NCBI GenBank assembly: GCA_011042225.1
Contig: DQXT01000052.1
Span: 1 to 52,151, forward strand
DNA from: Deltaproteobacteria bacterium
GTDB taxonomy: Bacteria > Desulfobacterota > Dissulfuribacteria > Dissulfuribacterales > UBA3076
Reading direction: 5' to 3'
Length of the DNA: 52,151 nucleotides
Shown: positions 40,173-49,004 of the stretch, piece after piece
How the letters are laid out: each line of letters begins with the position of its first letter
Numbering within the stretch: position 1 is the first letter of the stretch
The notes under the pieces: generated by a model
What the model saw: the letters and a program-made list of their open reading frames with translations, nothing else
Databases searched by the model: none
Told to the model about the DNA's origin: nothing
Translations under genes and position numbers: made by a program

Positions 40173-42396
40173 CGAAGCTAAAAAACGAAGAATAGAACGA
40201 ATCATTATGATGGCAGCAGTGGTTTTTATTGCCCTGCTGTCCTTAGCAGAGTATTATTTGATTTCGCACTCCAGTCCGCTATCGACAAGTAGCAATGTAC
40301 TGATCTTCGCAGTAATTAACCTTGATATCTTCCTCATCCTGCTCCTGGGTTTCCTCGTAGTACGGAATCTGACTAAACTCGTATTCGAAGACAAAAAACA
40401 CTTATTAGGGGCTAAACTCAGGACTAAACTCGTAATAGCCTTTATTTCTATATCCCTTATTCCTACAATACTGCTCTTCTTGGTCTCCTTCCAGTTTCTC
40501 AGAACCAGTATCGGATACTGGTTCAATATAAAGGTGGAAAAGTCCCTTGATAATGCTATGACAATAGGTAAAACATATTATGAAGGCCGGGTTACCGGAT
40601 TAGAACACCTGTCCCAAGAGACAGGGAGGCTCCTAAGCCTGAGATGTATCGAAGAAGACGGTACCATAAACAGGGTATGCATAGAACAACTGGTAAATCC
40701 AACACCGCTATCGTCAGGTGTTCAAGGCTACTGCAAAACGATTTCCTTAAATTCTATAGAGGTTATAAATTCGTTTCACAAAAAGCTTTTTGTTAAGATA
40801 TGGCTACCACTTGCAGATATGCCGCCAGATATTCCACATTCTGTGCTTAATCAGATTTTTGAAGGCAAGGATTCATTAGTACATAGTGTCACTTTAGAAG
40901 GCGGCGAGCTTATCCGGATATTAAGTCCTTTAAAAAATGCAGATAACGAGATTCTGGCCGTGTTAATTTTGGGCCACTTGATGCCCCGGGATATGAGTTA
41001 CCTGCTCGATGATATTCGTTCAGGTTATGATGACTATAGACAGTTACGGCTGTTTCAAAATCCAATAAAAGGCTCTCTGTTAATCACCCTTTGCCTGATT
41101 ACTTTGCTGATTATTTTTGTTTCCATATGGTTCGGATTCCGTCTTGCCAAAAGCATTACAGAGCCTGTTAAAATGCTTGCTGAAGCTACCAACCGTGTAG
41201 CAATGGGAGACCTGGATTTTAGCCTTGAATCTCAAGGTAAGGATGAACTAAGTTCTCTGGTGCAGGCATTTAATATAATGACCCAGGATATTAAGGAAGC
41301 AAGACGGAGGACTGAAGAGACTTCAAGACAGTTACGAAAGAGCTACGGCGAACTGGAACATCGCCGACGTTATATTGAGATCATCCTTCAAAACGTAACA
41401 GCAGGAGTAATATCTGTAGATAGACAGGGCTTTGTTACTCTAATGAATAAATCAGCTGAGAGCATTCTGAATATATCATCAGATCAGGTAATCGGTAAGC
41501 CTTATTCTCAACTCCTGACAAAGGATCATGCCAAGGAATTTGAGGAAATCAGACAGGAACTCAGCCGTTCTCCAAAAGGTACACTTCAACGTTCGATTCG
41601 TATGGAAATAAGAGAAAAGACCCTCTCTCTACTAGCAAACTTTACCATATTGAGAGACCAGGACGAGAGATCTCTTGGAGTAGTGATAGTCTTTGATGAT
41701 CTGACAGAGCTTGAGAAAATTCAGCGTCTCGCTGCTTGGCGCGAGGTAGCCAGACGCATCGCACATGAGGTCAAAAATCCTTTAACCCCCATACAGCTCT
41801 CAGCGCAAAGGCTACGCAAGAAATATCTTGATAAATTTGATAATGAAACCAGAGTTGTTTTTGATAAATGTACAAATACCATCATAGGTCAGGCCAAAGA
41901 ACTTAAACACCTTGTAGACGAATTTTCCAATTTTGCCAGAATGCCGTCCATCAGGCTCCGGCCTACGAAACTTGATGATTTGGTAGATGACGTACTTGCA
42001 ATTTACAGGGCCGGACATCCAAAAATCGAATTTAAATTGGATGTACAGGAAGGCCTGCCGAATGCATTGTTGGATTCTGACCAGATAAAGAGGGCACTTA
42101 TCAATCTCCTTGACAATGCGGTAGCCTCTATGACTGATGGTGGTAAAATAAATATTCTGATAACATATAACACCGCCGGGAATGAAATATGCCTCAGTAT
42201 TTCAGATACAGGAACAGGTATTTCCCCTGAGGACCTTCCAAGGCTCTTTGAACCCTATTTCTCTAAAAGAAGAGGAGGTACAGGCCTTGGGCTTGCCATT
42301 GTAAATTCTATTGTAGCGGACCATAATGGACACATATTGGTGAAGGACAATACCCCCCACGGGACTAAATTTATATTGATTTTTCCTATTAACTAA
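40150..42396 (+). CDS. ntrY: NtrY-like sensor histidine kinase (multi-TM, HAMP, PAS, HisKA, HATPase_c)
   Basis: 748 aa. N-terminal TM bundle, a HAMP after the last TM helix (ITEPVKMLAEATNRVAMGDLDF) and a PAS domain. H-box IAHEVKNPLTPIQLSAQ, N-box LLDNAVASM and G-boxes DTGTGI / GGTGLGLAIV. Confidence 0.8.
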   Translation: MKSDLTTSEAKKRRIERIIMMAAVVFIALLSLAEYYLISHSSPLSTSSNVLIFAVINLDIFLILLLGFLVVRNLTKLVFEDKKHLLGAKLRTKLVIAFISISLIPTILLFLVSFQFLRTSIGYWFNIKVEKSLDNAMTIGKTYYEGRVTGLEHLSQETGRLLSLRCIEEDGTINRVCIEQLVNPTPLSSGVQGYCKTISLNSIEVINSFHKKLFVKIWLPLADMPPDIPHSVLNQIFEGKDSLVHSVTLEGGELIRILSPLKNADNEILAVLILGHLMPRDMSYLLDDIRSGYDDYRQLRLFQNPIKGSLLITLCLITLLIIFVSIWFGFRLAKSITEPVKMLAEATNRVAMGDLDFSLESQGKDELSSLVQAFNIMTQDIKEARRRTEETSRQLRKSYGELEHRRRYIEIILQNVTAGVISVDRQGFVTLMNKSAESILNISSDQVIGKPYSQLLTKDHAKEFEEIRQELSRSPKGTLQRSIRMEIREKTLSLLANFTILRDQDERSLGVVIVFDDLTELEKIQRLAAWREVARRIAHEVKNPLTPIQLSAQRLRKKYLDKFDNETRVVFDKCTNTIIGQAKELKHLVDEFSNFARMPSIRLRPTKLDDLVDDVLAIYRAGHPKIEFKLDVQEGLPNALLDSDQIKRALINLLDNAVASMTDGGKINILITYNTAGNEICLSISDTGTGISPEDLPRLFEPYFSKRRGGTGLGLAIVNSIVADHNGHILVKDNTPHGTKFILIFPIN

Positions 42397-42444
42397 AAAC
42401 AGTCGGACTGCTTGTAATAATGCACTGAAATTAGAACTAATTAA

Positions 42445-43833
42445 ATGGTAAAGAAAAAGATACTTGTAGTAGACGACGAAGAGTCAATCCTTCAATCTGT
42501 GACTGATATCCTGGAAGACGAGGGATTTGACGTCCAGACCTCACCGGACGGAAAGACTTCACTTGGAATCATGGGAGAAGATCTTCCGGATCTTGTCCTG
42601 TTGGATATCTGGATGCCGGGTATGGATGGCCTGGAATTATTGAAACGGATAAAGGCCGAGTGGCCGTTTATACCGGCGGTAATCATGTCCGGCCACGGAA
42701 CTATTGAAACGGCTGTAAAGGCTACCAGGCTGGGGGCCTATGATTTTATAGAAAAACCCCTTTCTTATGAACATCTGGTTCTTACGATCCAAAATGCCCT
42801 CAAATATCATAAACTTCGGGAAGAAAATGTCTTTTTAAGACAAAAAACCGGAGAAACGCGAGAACTTATCGGTGAAAGCCATGCTATGCGAAGGCTCAAG
42901 CAACAGATCGCTATCGTTGCCCCTACTGATGCGTGGGTACTGATCCAGGGGGAAAACGGAACGGGCAAGGAACTTGTAGCTCAAACCATTCACCGTATGA
43001 GCAAGCGAAGACGGAAACCACTCATAGAAGTCAACTGCGCTGCAATACCGGAAGAACTTATTGAGAGCGAGCTGTTTGGACATGAAAAGGGGGCCTTCAC
43101 CGGTGCAACTACCATGAAAAGGGGAAAATTTGACCTTGCAAATGAAGGTACCTTGTTCCTTGATGAAATCACCGATATGAGCCTTAAGACCCAGGCAAAA
43201 GTCCTGCGAATACTCCAGGAACAGAGATTCGAGCGGGTCGGCGGAAACAAGACCATAACCATAGATGTGCGCATCATAGCCGCCACAAACAAAGATCTTG
43301 AAAAAGAGATACGGAAAGGGCACTTCCGAGAAGACCTTTACTACAGGCTGAACGTGATACCAATAGAGGTCTCGCCTCTCAGAGAGCGCAAAGATGACAT
43401 CTTTCTTCTTGTAAAAGGTTTTCTGAGCGAATTTACAGGAAACACTACTCATGGTCCCAAAAAAAAGGCGAGCCGTGAAGTAATTGAGGCATTCATGGCA
43501 TATGATTGGCCAGGGAATGTAAGAGAGTTGCGTAATATGATAGAAAGGCTTGTGATTCTATCAAGAGAGCCGGAGATTACAACAAATGACCTACCTCCAT
43601 CTCTTCGTAAGGGCATCAGGACAGCTGCGGAGGCACAACAGACTAGTTCGCCTGGCGAGCCTGCTTGGCTGAGATGTCATGACTTCAGGGAGGCAAAAAC
43701 CTTGTTTGAACGGGAATATCTTGAAAAAAAACTTGCCGAACACCAGGGTAATGTTAAAAAAACCGCACTAGCTATTGGTATTGAAAGAAGGCACCTACAC
43801 AGGAAAATTAAGGCATTGGGACTGGAAACATGA
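42445..43833 (+). CDS. ntrX: sigma-54-dependent response regulator (REC, AAA+ and HTH; NtrX/NtrC class)
   Basis: 462 aa. REC domain with DLVLLDIWMPGMDG, Walker A GENGTGKE, the GAFTGA loop (EKGAFTGA), RERKDDI and a C-terminal Fis-type HTH. Confidence 0.85.
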   Translation: MVKKKILVVDDEESILQSVTDILEDEGFDVQTSPDGKTSLGIMGEDLPDLVLLDIWMPGMDGLELLKRIKAEWPFIPAVIMSGHGTIETAVKATRLGAYDFIEKPLSYEHLVLTIQNALKYHKLREENVFLRQKTGETRELIGESHAMRRLKQQIAIVAPTDAWVLIQGENGTGKELVAQTIHRMSKRRRKPLIEVNCAAIPEELIESELFGHEKGAFTGATTMKRGKFDLANEGTLFLDEITDMSLKTQAKVLRILQEQRFERVGGNKTITIDVRIIAATNKDLEKEIRKGHFREDLYYRLNVIPIEVSPLRERKDDIFLLVKGFLSEFTGNTTHGPKKKASREVIEAFMAYDWPGNVRELRNMIERLVILSREPEITTNDLPPSLRKGIRTAAEAQQTSSPGEPAWLRCHDFREAKTLFEREYLEKKLAEHQGNVKKTALAIGIERRHLHRKIKALGLET

Positions 43834-43838
43834 ATATA

Positions 43839-44465
43839 CTAATGAGAATTTGAAACCCGGCTTTCCCTCTTCCAGTCCTTTTCTTTCCCCTCTATCAATC
43901 TCTTGATGTTATCCCTGTGCCTTATCCAAATAACAAAGGTAATCCCCCAAGCCATAAGTTCAAGTTCATATGCCGGACAGAAAAAATGCATCAAAATGGG
44001 CATAAATAATGCCACTGAAAGAGATCCGACCGATACATAACCCCACTTCTTTAGTACTACTATAAACGTAAATACGGCAACGCCGACAGCAAAAGGACAC
44101 ACTCCGAGGAAGACTCCTGATGCAGTAGCGACGCCTTTCCCACCGCGGAACCTGAAAAATATTGAATAGCAATGGCCCATTACAGCACCGAGGCCTGTAA
44201 ACGCAATCCACAAATCGATATCTGCCGCTCCGGCCATTACCCAGATGCACCCAAGGACCGGCAAAAGGCCTTTCGCAAGATCTGCTGCCAGTGTAAGAAG
44301 TCCCCAGCCCTTACCCATCACCCTGGCTACGTTGGTAGCCCCTATATTCCCACTGCCATGTTTTCGAAGCGCTATGCCTTTGCAATGGGCTAAGAGCAGA
44401 CCGAAAGGTATTGACCCTAGAAGATAAGATCCGATCGGCCAAATTATTTGGGGCAAAAGACTCAT
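43839..44465 (-). CDS. plsY: glycerol-3-phosphate acyltransferase PlsY
   Basis: 208 aa, multi-TM. Carries GSGNIGATNVARV and FRGGKGVAT. Its ATG overlaps the stop of the upstream gene (ATGA). Confidence 0.9.
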   Translation of the reverse strand: MSLLPQIIWPIGSYLLGSIPFGLLLAHCKGIALRKHGSGNIGATNVARVMGKGWGLLTLAADLAKGLLPVLGCIWVMAGAADIDLWIAFTGLGAVMGHCYSIFFRFRGGKGVATASGVFLGVCPFAVGVAVFTFIVVLKKWGYVSVGSLSVALFMPILMHFFCPAYELELMAWGITFVIWIRHRDNIKRLIEGKEKDWKRESRVSNSH

Positions 44466-45418
44466 TTCTCAGGGCAGGTTAAGAGACGGCCTTTCATCAA
44501 GGCCTTTTTAAATTCTTCAAGCAGTCTGCTGTAAGAGTTCTGTTTTTTCTTTGCAATGTCCAATGATCCGGTCTGTTTATCTCCAAATCCCAGTTTCCCA
44601 TCGGCATTACGATCAAAAACCATATAACTGGGAGGCCTCGAAATCCCGTCTCCAAAGAGCAAGATTTCAATAGACCTGCTGTAATCAGTTCCCTCTTTTA
44701 ATCTCAAAATTGCCTGACCGAAAACTGTAACCAAGCTAAGTTCAGAAATATATCTTTTGCCCTTTCGTCCCCGCTCCGAAATCTGGTCTATGTACAAAGG
44801 ATTTGCAAAGGGACGCATCATGTCAAAAAAGTGGTGTCTACTATTTAAAATAATTACTATGTCGCCGACATCATTGAAAGAGTAAATAATATCCATATCC
44901 TGATTATTAACGGCTATACAGCCTTCGGTCCAGTCCCTCATCATGCTTTTTCCTCTTTTACGGTATACCCCTCCTCCATGTATACCAATACCACTGCCCA
45001 GAGACGTGCAGACAGATGGCAAATCCCTTGTTGATATGGCATTTACAATTATACGATATTCACTCAAAGAAATAAGCCCTTTTCTTAATCCCAGCCATGC
45101 ATCTACTTTATTGGGGTACGAAAGCCCCAAAAATTTATAGAATCTGCTATTATTCTTTTTGTAGATCACATAATAACAGCCCTCGGGGGTCGCCTTGTCT
45201 CCCCTGCGACTCTTGGGCGATATGGAATCTACTCCGAGAGAAACAGCAAAGCTTTCTACAACTTTACCATCTCTATAGAGATATAGGCGATGTAGTCCCT
45301 TATCGATAACCACATATTTTGAGGAGACTGTTTCGGCATTAACGCACCCAAGCAGAAGGGTCAAAAATGCTAAAAACGAAGCCAATACAGTAAAAAGCTT
45401 TAATAAATTGTCCTTCAT
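44462..45418 (-). CDS. YafK/DpaA-like L,D-transpeptidase-fold protein with a C-terminal extension of about 120 aa
   Basis: 318 aa with a signal peptide. Order of blocks: HRLYLYRDGKVV...GDKATPEGCYYV...LSYPNKVD...GIGIHGGG...TEGCIAVNNQDMDIIY. This is the COG3034/YafK pattern, with the YkuD catalytic Cys in the context EGC. Confidence 0.75.
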   Translation of the reverse strand: MKDNLLKLFTVLASFLAFLTLLLGCVNAETVSSKYVVIDKGLHRLYLYRDGKVVESFAVSLGVDSISPKSRRGDKATPEGCYYVIYKKNNSRFYKFLGLSYPNKVDAWLGLRKGLISLSEYRIIVNAISTRDLPSVCTSLGSGIGIHGGGVYRKRGKSMMRDWTEGCIAVNNQDMDIIYSFNDVGDIVIILNSRHHFFDMMRPFANPLYIDQISERGRKGKRYISELSLVTVFGQAILRLKEGTDYSRSIEILLFGDGISRPPSYMVFDRNADGKLGFGDKQTGSLDIAKKKQNSYSRLLEEFKKALMKGRLLTCPEK

Positions 45419-45612
45419 AACCTTTATAAATCAAAATTTATATGCTTGCCTACAAGCAAACTATCCTGTTATATTTTCAATATATCTGCCCTGTCTTGAA
45501 AGGCCACCCTCTCACAGGTGTTGATATTTCAGAACGGTTGAATATGCATAAAAATTTTCTATTGAATTATCTGTAAAACAAAACCTTAATATAATAGTTT
45601 TAAGGAGAAGTC

Positions 45613-45987
45613 ATGACACAAAAAGTTCCTGAAAAAAAATGGGCGATTATGAGAACGGCTTTAAGTTTGTTGCTTACACTAGGCCTGTTCATCTTGCCGG
45701 GCTGCGGTCTCAGTGAAGAAGATAAGGCCGTAATAAAGCAGGGCGTAAAGGCTGCCGAAGAATCTAAAGCAGCCGCGTCCAGGGCGGAAGCCGCCACCAA
45801 ACGATTAGAAGACTTGGCTTCCCGGCTAGAATCATCTGCACGAAAGGCTGAAGAAGCCGCGGCGGCGGCTGCCATGGCTGCCGACCGGGCGGATGCAGCG
45901 ACAAACAGGGCCTCTGAAGCGGCCAGCAGTGCTGAAACTACAGCTAAAAAGACGGAAAGAATTTTTGAAAAGAGTCTTCTTAAATAA
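45613..45987 (+). CDS. alanine-rich coiled-coil lipoprotein ending in Lys (Braun-lipoprotein-like)
   Basis: AAGGAG lies 5 nt upstream of the ATG. Signal peptide with lipobox LFILPG|C. The mature part, about 95 aa, is almost only A/E/K/S/R/T (AAEESKAAASRAEAATKRLEDLASRLESSARKAEEAAAAAAMAADRADAATNRASEAASSAETTAKK). The C-terminus is ...EKSLLK. Confidence 0.6.
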   Translation: MTQKVPEKKWAIMRTALSLLLTLGLFILPGCGLSEEDKAVIKQGVKAAEESKAAASRAEAATKRLEDLASRLESSARKAEEAAAAAAMAADRADAATNRASEAASSAETTAKKTERIFEKSLLK

Positions 45988-46078
45988 TTGAGGGCTACGT
46001 CTCTGTTTACTAAATCCGGCATCCCGCTTAAAGTGCAAAAAGTGTAAATCGAGACATGAGAGACGCCCATCAAATTTT

Positions 46079-47014
46079 CTATTCTTTGTCTGCCTGTGCT
46101 ACAGGCACCGGAATACCGGATTGTTCCTTGATGGCCCTCTGGATTTTTTTAAAATCGATTTCAAGGGGGCCTATTACCTGTTCGCAGGCAGAAATACCGG
46201 ATAAGACTACTGACAAAGGGTCATCAATATTATTTTCATAGTCTTGATATACCTGTAACCAGCACTTACCTTCTGCCCATCCAACCTTTATTGGTTCATA
46301 GATGATATGGACCAGTGTTCCCACTGGCACCAGCGGAAACAAAGAGGCTATATCTTCAGAATAAAGTCTTATACATCCATGACTAACTCGACGTCCCACA
46401 CCCCAAGGACGATTTGTGCCGTGAATACCATATGAAAGCCTAGAAAAACGCAAAATGTATTTTCCCAGAGGATTTTCAGGCCCGGGAAGTACCCGTTGGG
46501 GCAATTCAGGATCTTCCTTAAGAACAGAGGGTGGTACAACCCATATTGGATCCTTGGCCTTACTGAGCACTGTATAAACGCTCAGTTTTGTGGAGTAACC
46601 CTCTTTGCCAACACCTACAGGACATGTCCAAAAACGGGATTTCCCCTCTTTAGCAAACATGAAATGGTACAGACGCATCTCAGCAAGATTTACTACTATT
46701 CCAAACGGCGGACGTATTTTAGGCAAAACAAATACAGTAGGTACTATTACGCTGGCCCCTTCAAAAGGTACCCAAGGGTCTATGCCGGGGTTTGCTGCTG
46801 CTATCTGATTGTAACCTAGGTTATAGTCCTTTGCTATGTCGAGCAGGGTTTGTTTGCGCTCGGCCTTTACTGTTTTCATTTCCCCATAAACAGTTCTTCC
46901 CTCTTTAAGATCAAACATGTTGAAAGCATCGGCCGCTGGAAGTGCCGGAATAATTATTAAAAAAATGAGGTTTTGTATTAGCAGAACAGCTTTAAGAGAA
47001 AAAAAATTAAACAT
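46079..47014 (-). CDS. L,D-transpeptidase (ErfK/YbiS/YcfS/YnhG class) with an N-terminal LysM-like domain
   Basis: 311 aa with a signal peptide. LysM-like TLLDIAKDYNLGYNQIAAANPG. YkuD catalytic block YGIHGTNRPWGVGRRVSHGCIRLYSEDIASLF. Confidence 0.85.
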   Translation of the reverse strand: MFNFFSLKAVLLIQNLIFLIIIPALPAADAFNMFDLKEGRTVYGEMKTVKAERKQTLLDIAKDYNLGYNQIAAANPGIDPWVPFEGASVIVPTVFVLPKIRPPFGIVVNLAEMRLYHFMFAKEGKSRFWTCPVGVGKEGYSTKLSVYTVLSKAKDPIWVVPPSVLKEDPELPQRVLPGPENPLGKYILRFSRLSYGIHGTNRPWGVGRRVSHGCIRLYSEDIASLFPLVPVGTLVHIIYEPIKVGWAEGKCWLQVYQDYENNIDDPLSVVLSGISACEQVIGPLEIDFKKIQRAIKEQSGIPVPVAQADKE

Positions 47015-47333
47015 ATTGATTAGATAAAACCTTGTGAGCCAAACTAGTTGGCGAAATTAGATTGAATATTGTATTATAATCTGTATTTTAATACATGATC
47101 CTGTTTGTAAAAGGCATTATGGCAAATTGCTGAAAATATGCTTTAATTTTATCAGGTGGGCAACGGAAGTCACGACAGGTTTCCTGGACATTCTATCTCA
47201 AGCCAAACCCAAAATCACGAATCTGGGATTTGGCCCTCCTTCCTATGTATGGCCTATCCAGCACATGCGGTCAAGAATAGGCTGGTGAATGGGATCTATA
47301 GAACTGTGACGAAAATATCGGACGGAGGTCAAT

Positions 47334-49004
47334 ATGAAAAACTATTTTAAAAAGGCAGCAATAAAAATATATGAAGATGCAAAAGAAGAAAACCGACTTA
47401 TTGAAGGCCTTACCCTTGACAGATTCAAGGAACTTGCCATAAGACAGGAGGGGGTAATCCGGACACAAATGGGTTCAGTGGCGGCTGATTCCGAGCCTAT
47501 GTCCCGTTCGGCCCCCCACACCGCTAATAATATTGATCACCCCTTTGGGGAAGAAGAAGAGCAGTTGGCCCTGGAGGCAACGGAGTATCTGAGCAGGGAA
47601 AGAATAATTTCCCTTGACACCTTAGTAGGGGACGGCCGGGATGGAGTTACGGTCCGCTTTATAATTCCAGAAGTCTATGCCCAGCTGGCTTATGCTCTGA
47701 AGCTGCTTATGGACTATCCGGCGGCCAGAGTAGTGGAAGATCCCACTTACACCATTATTTTCTTTACAGATGAGGCATTCGAAAACAACAAGCACAAAAA
47801 GCTTATAGATAAAGATATCACCATCCGCCTCTGGATGGGCGAAAAAAGAGGCGAGCAGGTAAAGATATGCAGAAACAGTCTATATGTTGGTGAAGGGAAA
47901 AAAGGTGTTTTCCAGTTTGAGGACTGGAGGGTAAAAACCATTGACAAGACCGGCATCTTTCTGCACTCAGGTGCCAGAAGGGACAGGCTGTGGATATATG
48001 ATCTTGAAGCCGAAAGACCAGAGCTAAAGGAAATTGTTACAGGCGTCTCCGGTCTCACCGCAACCGGTAAAACAACAACACTTTGTAGAAAGTTTGCCAA
48101 GCTTCCACAAGAAAGTTCCGAGATGATAGGAGACGATGGTGGCACTCTGGGCTTTGACGGGAGTTATACCGCCTTTGAAGTAGGAGGTTTATATGTAAAG
48201 ACAGAGGGACTGGATGAAAATCAGCCTGAAATACTCCGTGCGGCAGACTCCCGTGATGCCTTTCTGGAAAATGTCGCTATTAGCAAATACCCCTATATAC
48301 CCGATTTTAAAAATATTTCCAAAACAGCAAACGGCCGGGCCGTCATTTCAAGAGAAAATCTTGAAATAGCAAATCCGTCCTTAAGGGCGGATAACCTGGA
48401 TTATATAATCATCCTTACAAGAAATCCCATGATCAATGCCATAAACAAGTTGACTCCTGAACAGGCTACCATGCAGTTTATCTACGGCGAATCAATTGAG
48501 AGTTCCGGAGGCAATCCAGAAGAGGCGGGCAAGTTCAAGCGCGTCTTCTTCCTTGATCCTTTTGTCTGTGGGAATCTGCTGGAGCATGCAATGATTTTCT
48601 ATAATATTATCAAAGGGAACCGCATAAAGTGCTATCTTTCCAATACAGGTACTATAGGCGCAAACGATACAAAAGTAAATCTGCGTCAGTCTCTTGCGAT
48701 TTACAATGATCTCAGTCGTATAGAGTTGAGGTTCAGCTCCGAACCCGATTTGTTGGGCTATCATTACCCTATTCAATGCGACCGGGCCAACCTCTCTCTA
48801 ATGAATGCCCACTCTCTTTTCCCTGACAAGGAAATCCTCAGAAAGAAAATAAAGGATTTTCTTAAGGGCAGGACAGAATATCTTGAAAATTTTGAGGCTA
48901 AGTTCGGTACAATTCCTGAACACCTTAAGGAATCATTGCCCTATCGTGAAAATCACGCCTATAAAATAACTGAAAACAATAAAGCTATGGGCATTGAAGA
49001 ATAG
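47334..49004 (+). CDS. divergent ATP-dependent phosphoenolpyruvate carboxykinase-like protein
   Basis: 556 aa; GGAGG lies 5 nt upstream of the ATG. The order of PEPCK(ATP) blocks is recognisable but each is diverged. SRSAPH stands for GRSPKD, GEGKKG for GEMKKG and LHSGA for MHCSAN. The P-loop is GLTATGKTT; IGDDGG stands for IGDDEHGW, NGRAV for NTRA and SNTGTIG for NTGWTGG. Confidence 0.6.
   Translation: MKNYFKKAAIKIYEDAKEENRLIEGLTLDRFKELAIRQEGVIRTQMGSVAADSEPMSRSAPHTANNIDHPFGEEEEQLALEATEYLSRERIISLDTLVGDGRDGVTVRFIIPEVYAQLAYALKLLMDYPAARVVEDPTYTIIFFTDEAFENNKHKKLIDKDITIRLWMGEKRGEQVKICRNSLYVGEGKKGVFQFEDWRVKTIDKTGIFLHSGARRDRLWIYDLEAERPELKEIVTGVSGLTATGKTTTLCRKFAKLPQESSEMIGDDGGTLGFDGSYTAFEVGGLYVKTEGLDENQPEILRAADSRDAFLENVAISKYPYIPDFKNISKTANGRAVISRENLEIANPSLRADNLDYIIILTRNPMINAINKLTPEQATMQFIYGESIESSGGNPEEAGKFKRVFFLDPFVCGNLLEHAMIFYNIIKGNRIKCYLSNTGTIGANDTKVNLRQSLAIYNDLSRIELRFSSEPDLLGYHYPIQCDRANLSLMNAHSLFPDKEILRKKIKDFLKGRTEYLENFEAKFGTIPEHLKESLPYRENHAYKITENNKAMGIEE

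Noticed and set aside
45600-46073. 157-aa ORF on the minus strand, antisense to the alanine-rich lipoprotein gene.
   Set aside because: It is a shadow frame created by the GCN-rich alanine codons. It has no RBS and no sensible N-terminus, whereas the plus-strand ORF has AAGGAG, a signal peptide and a lipobox.
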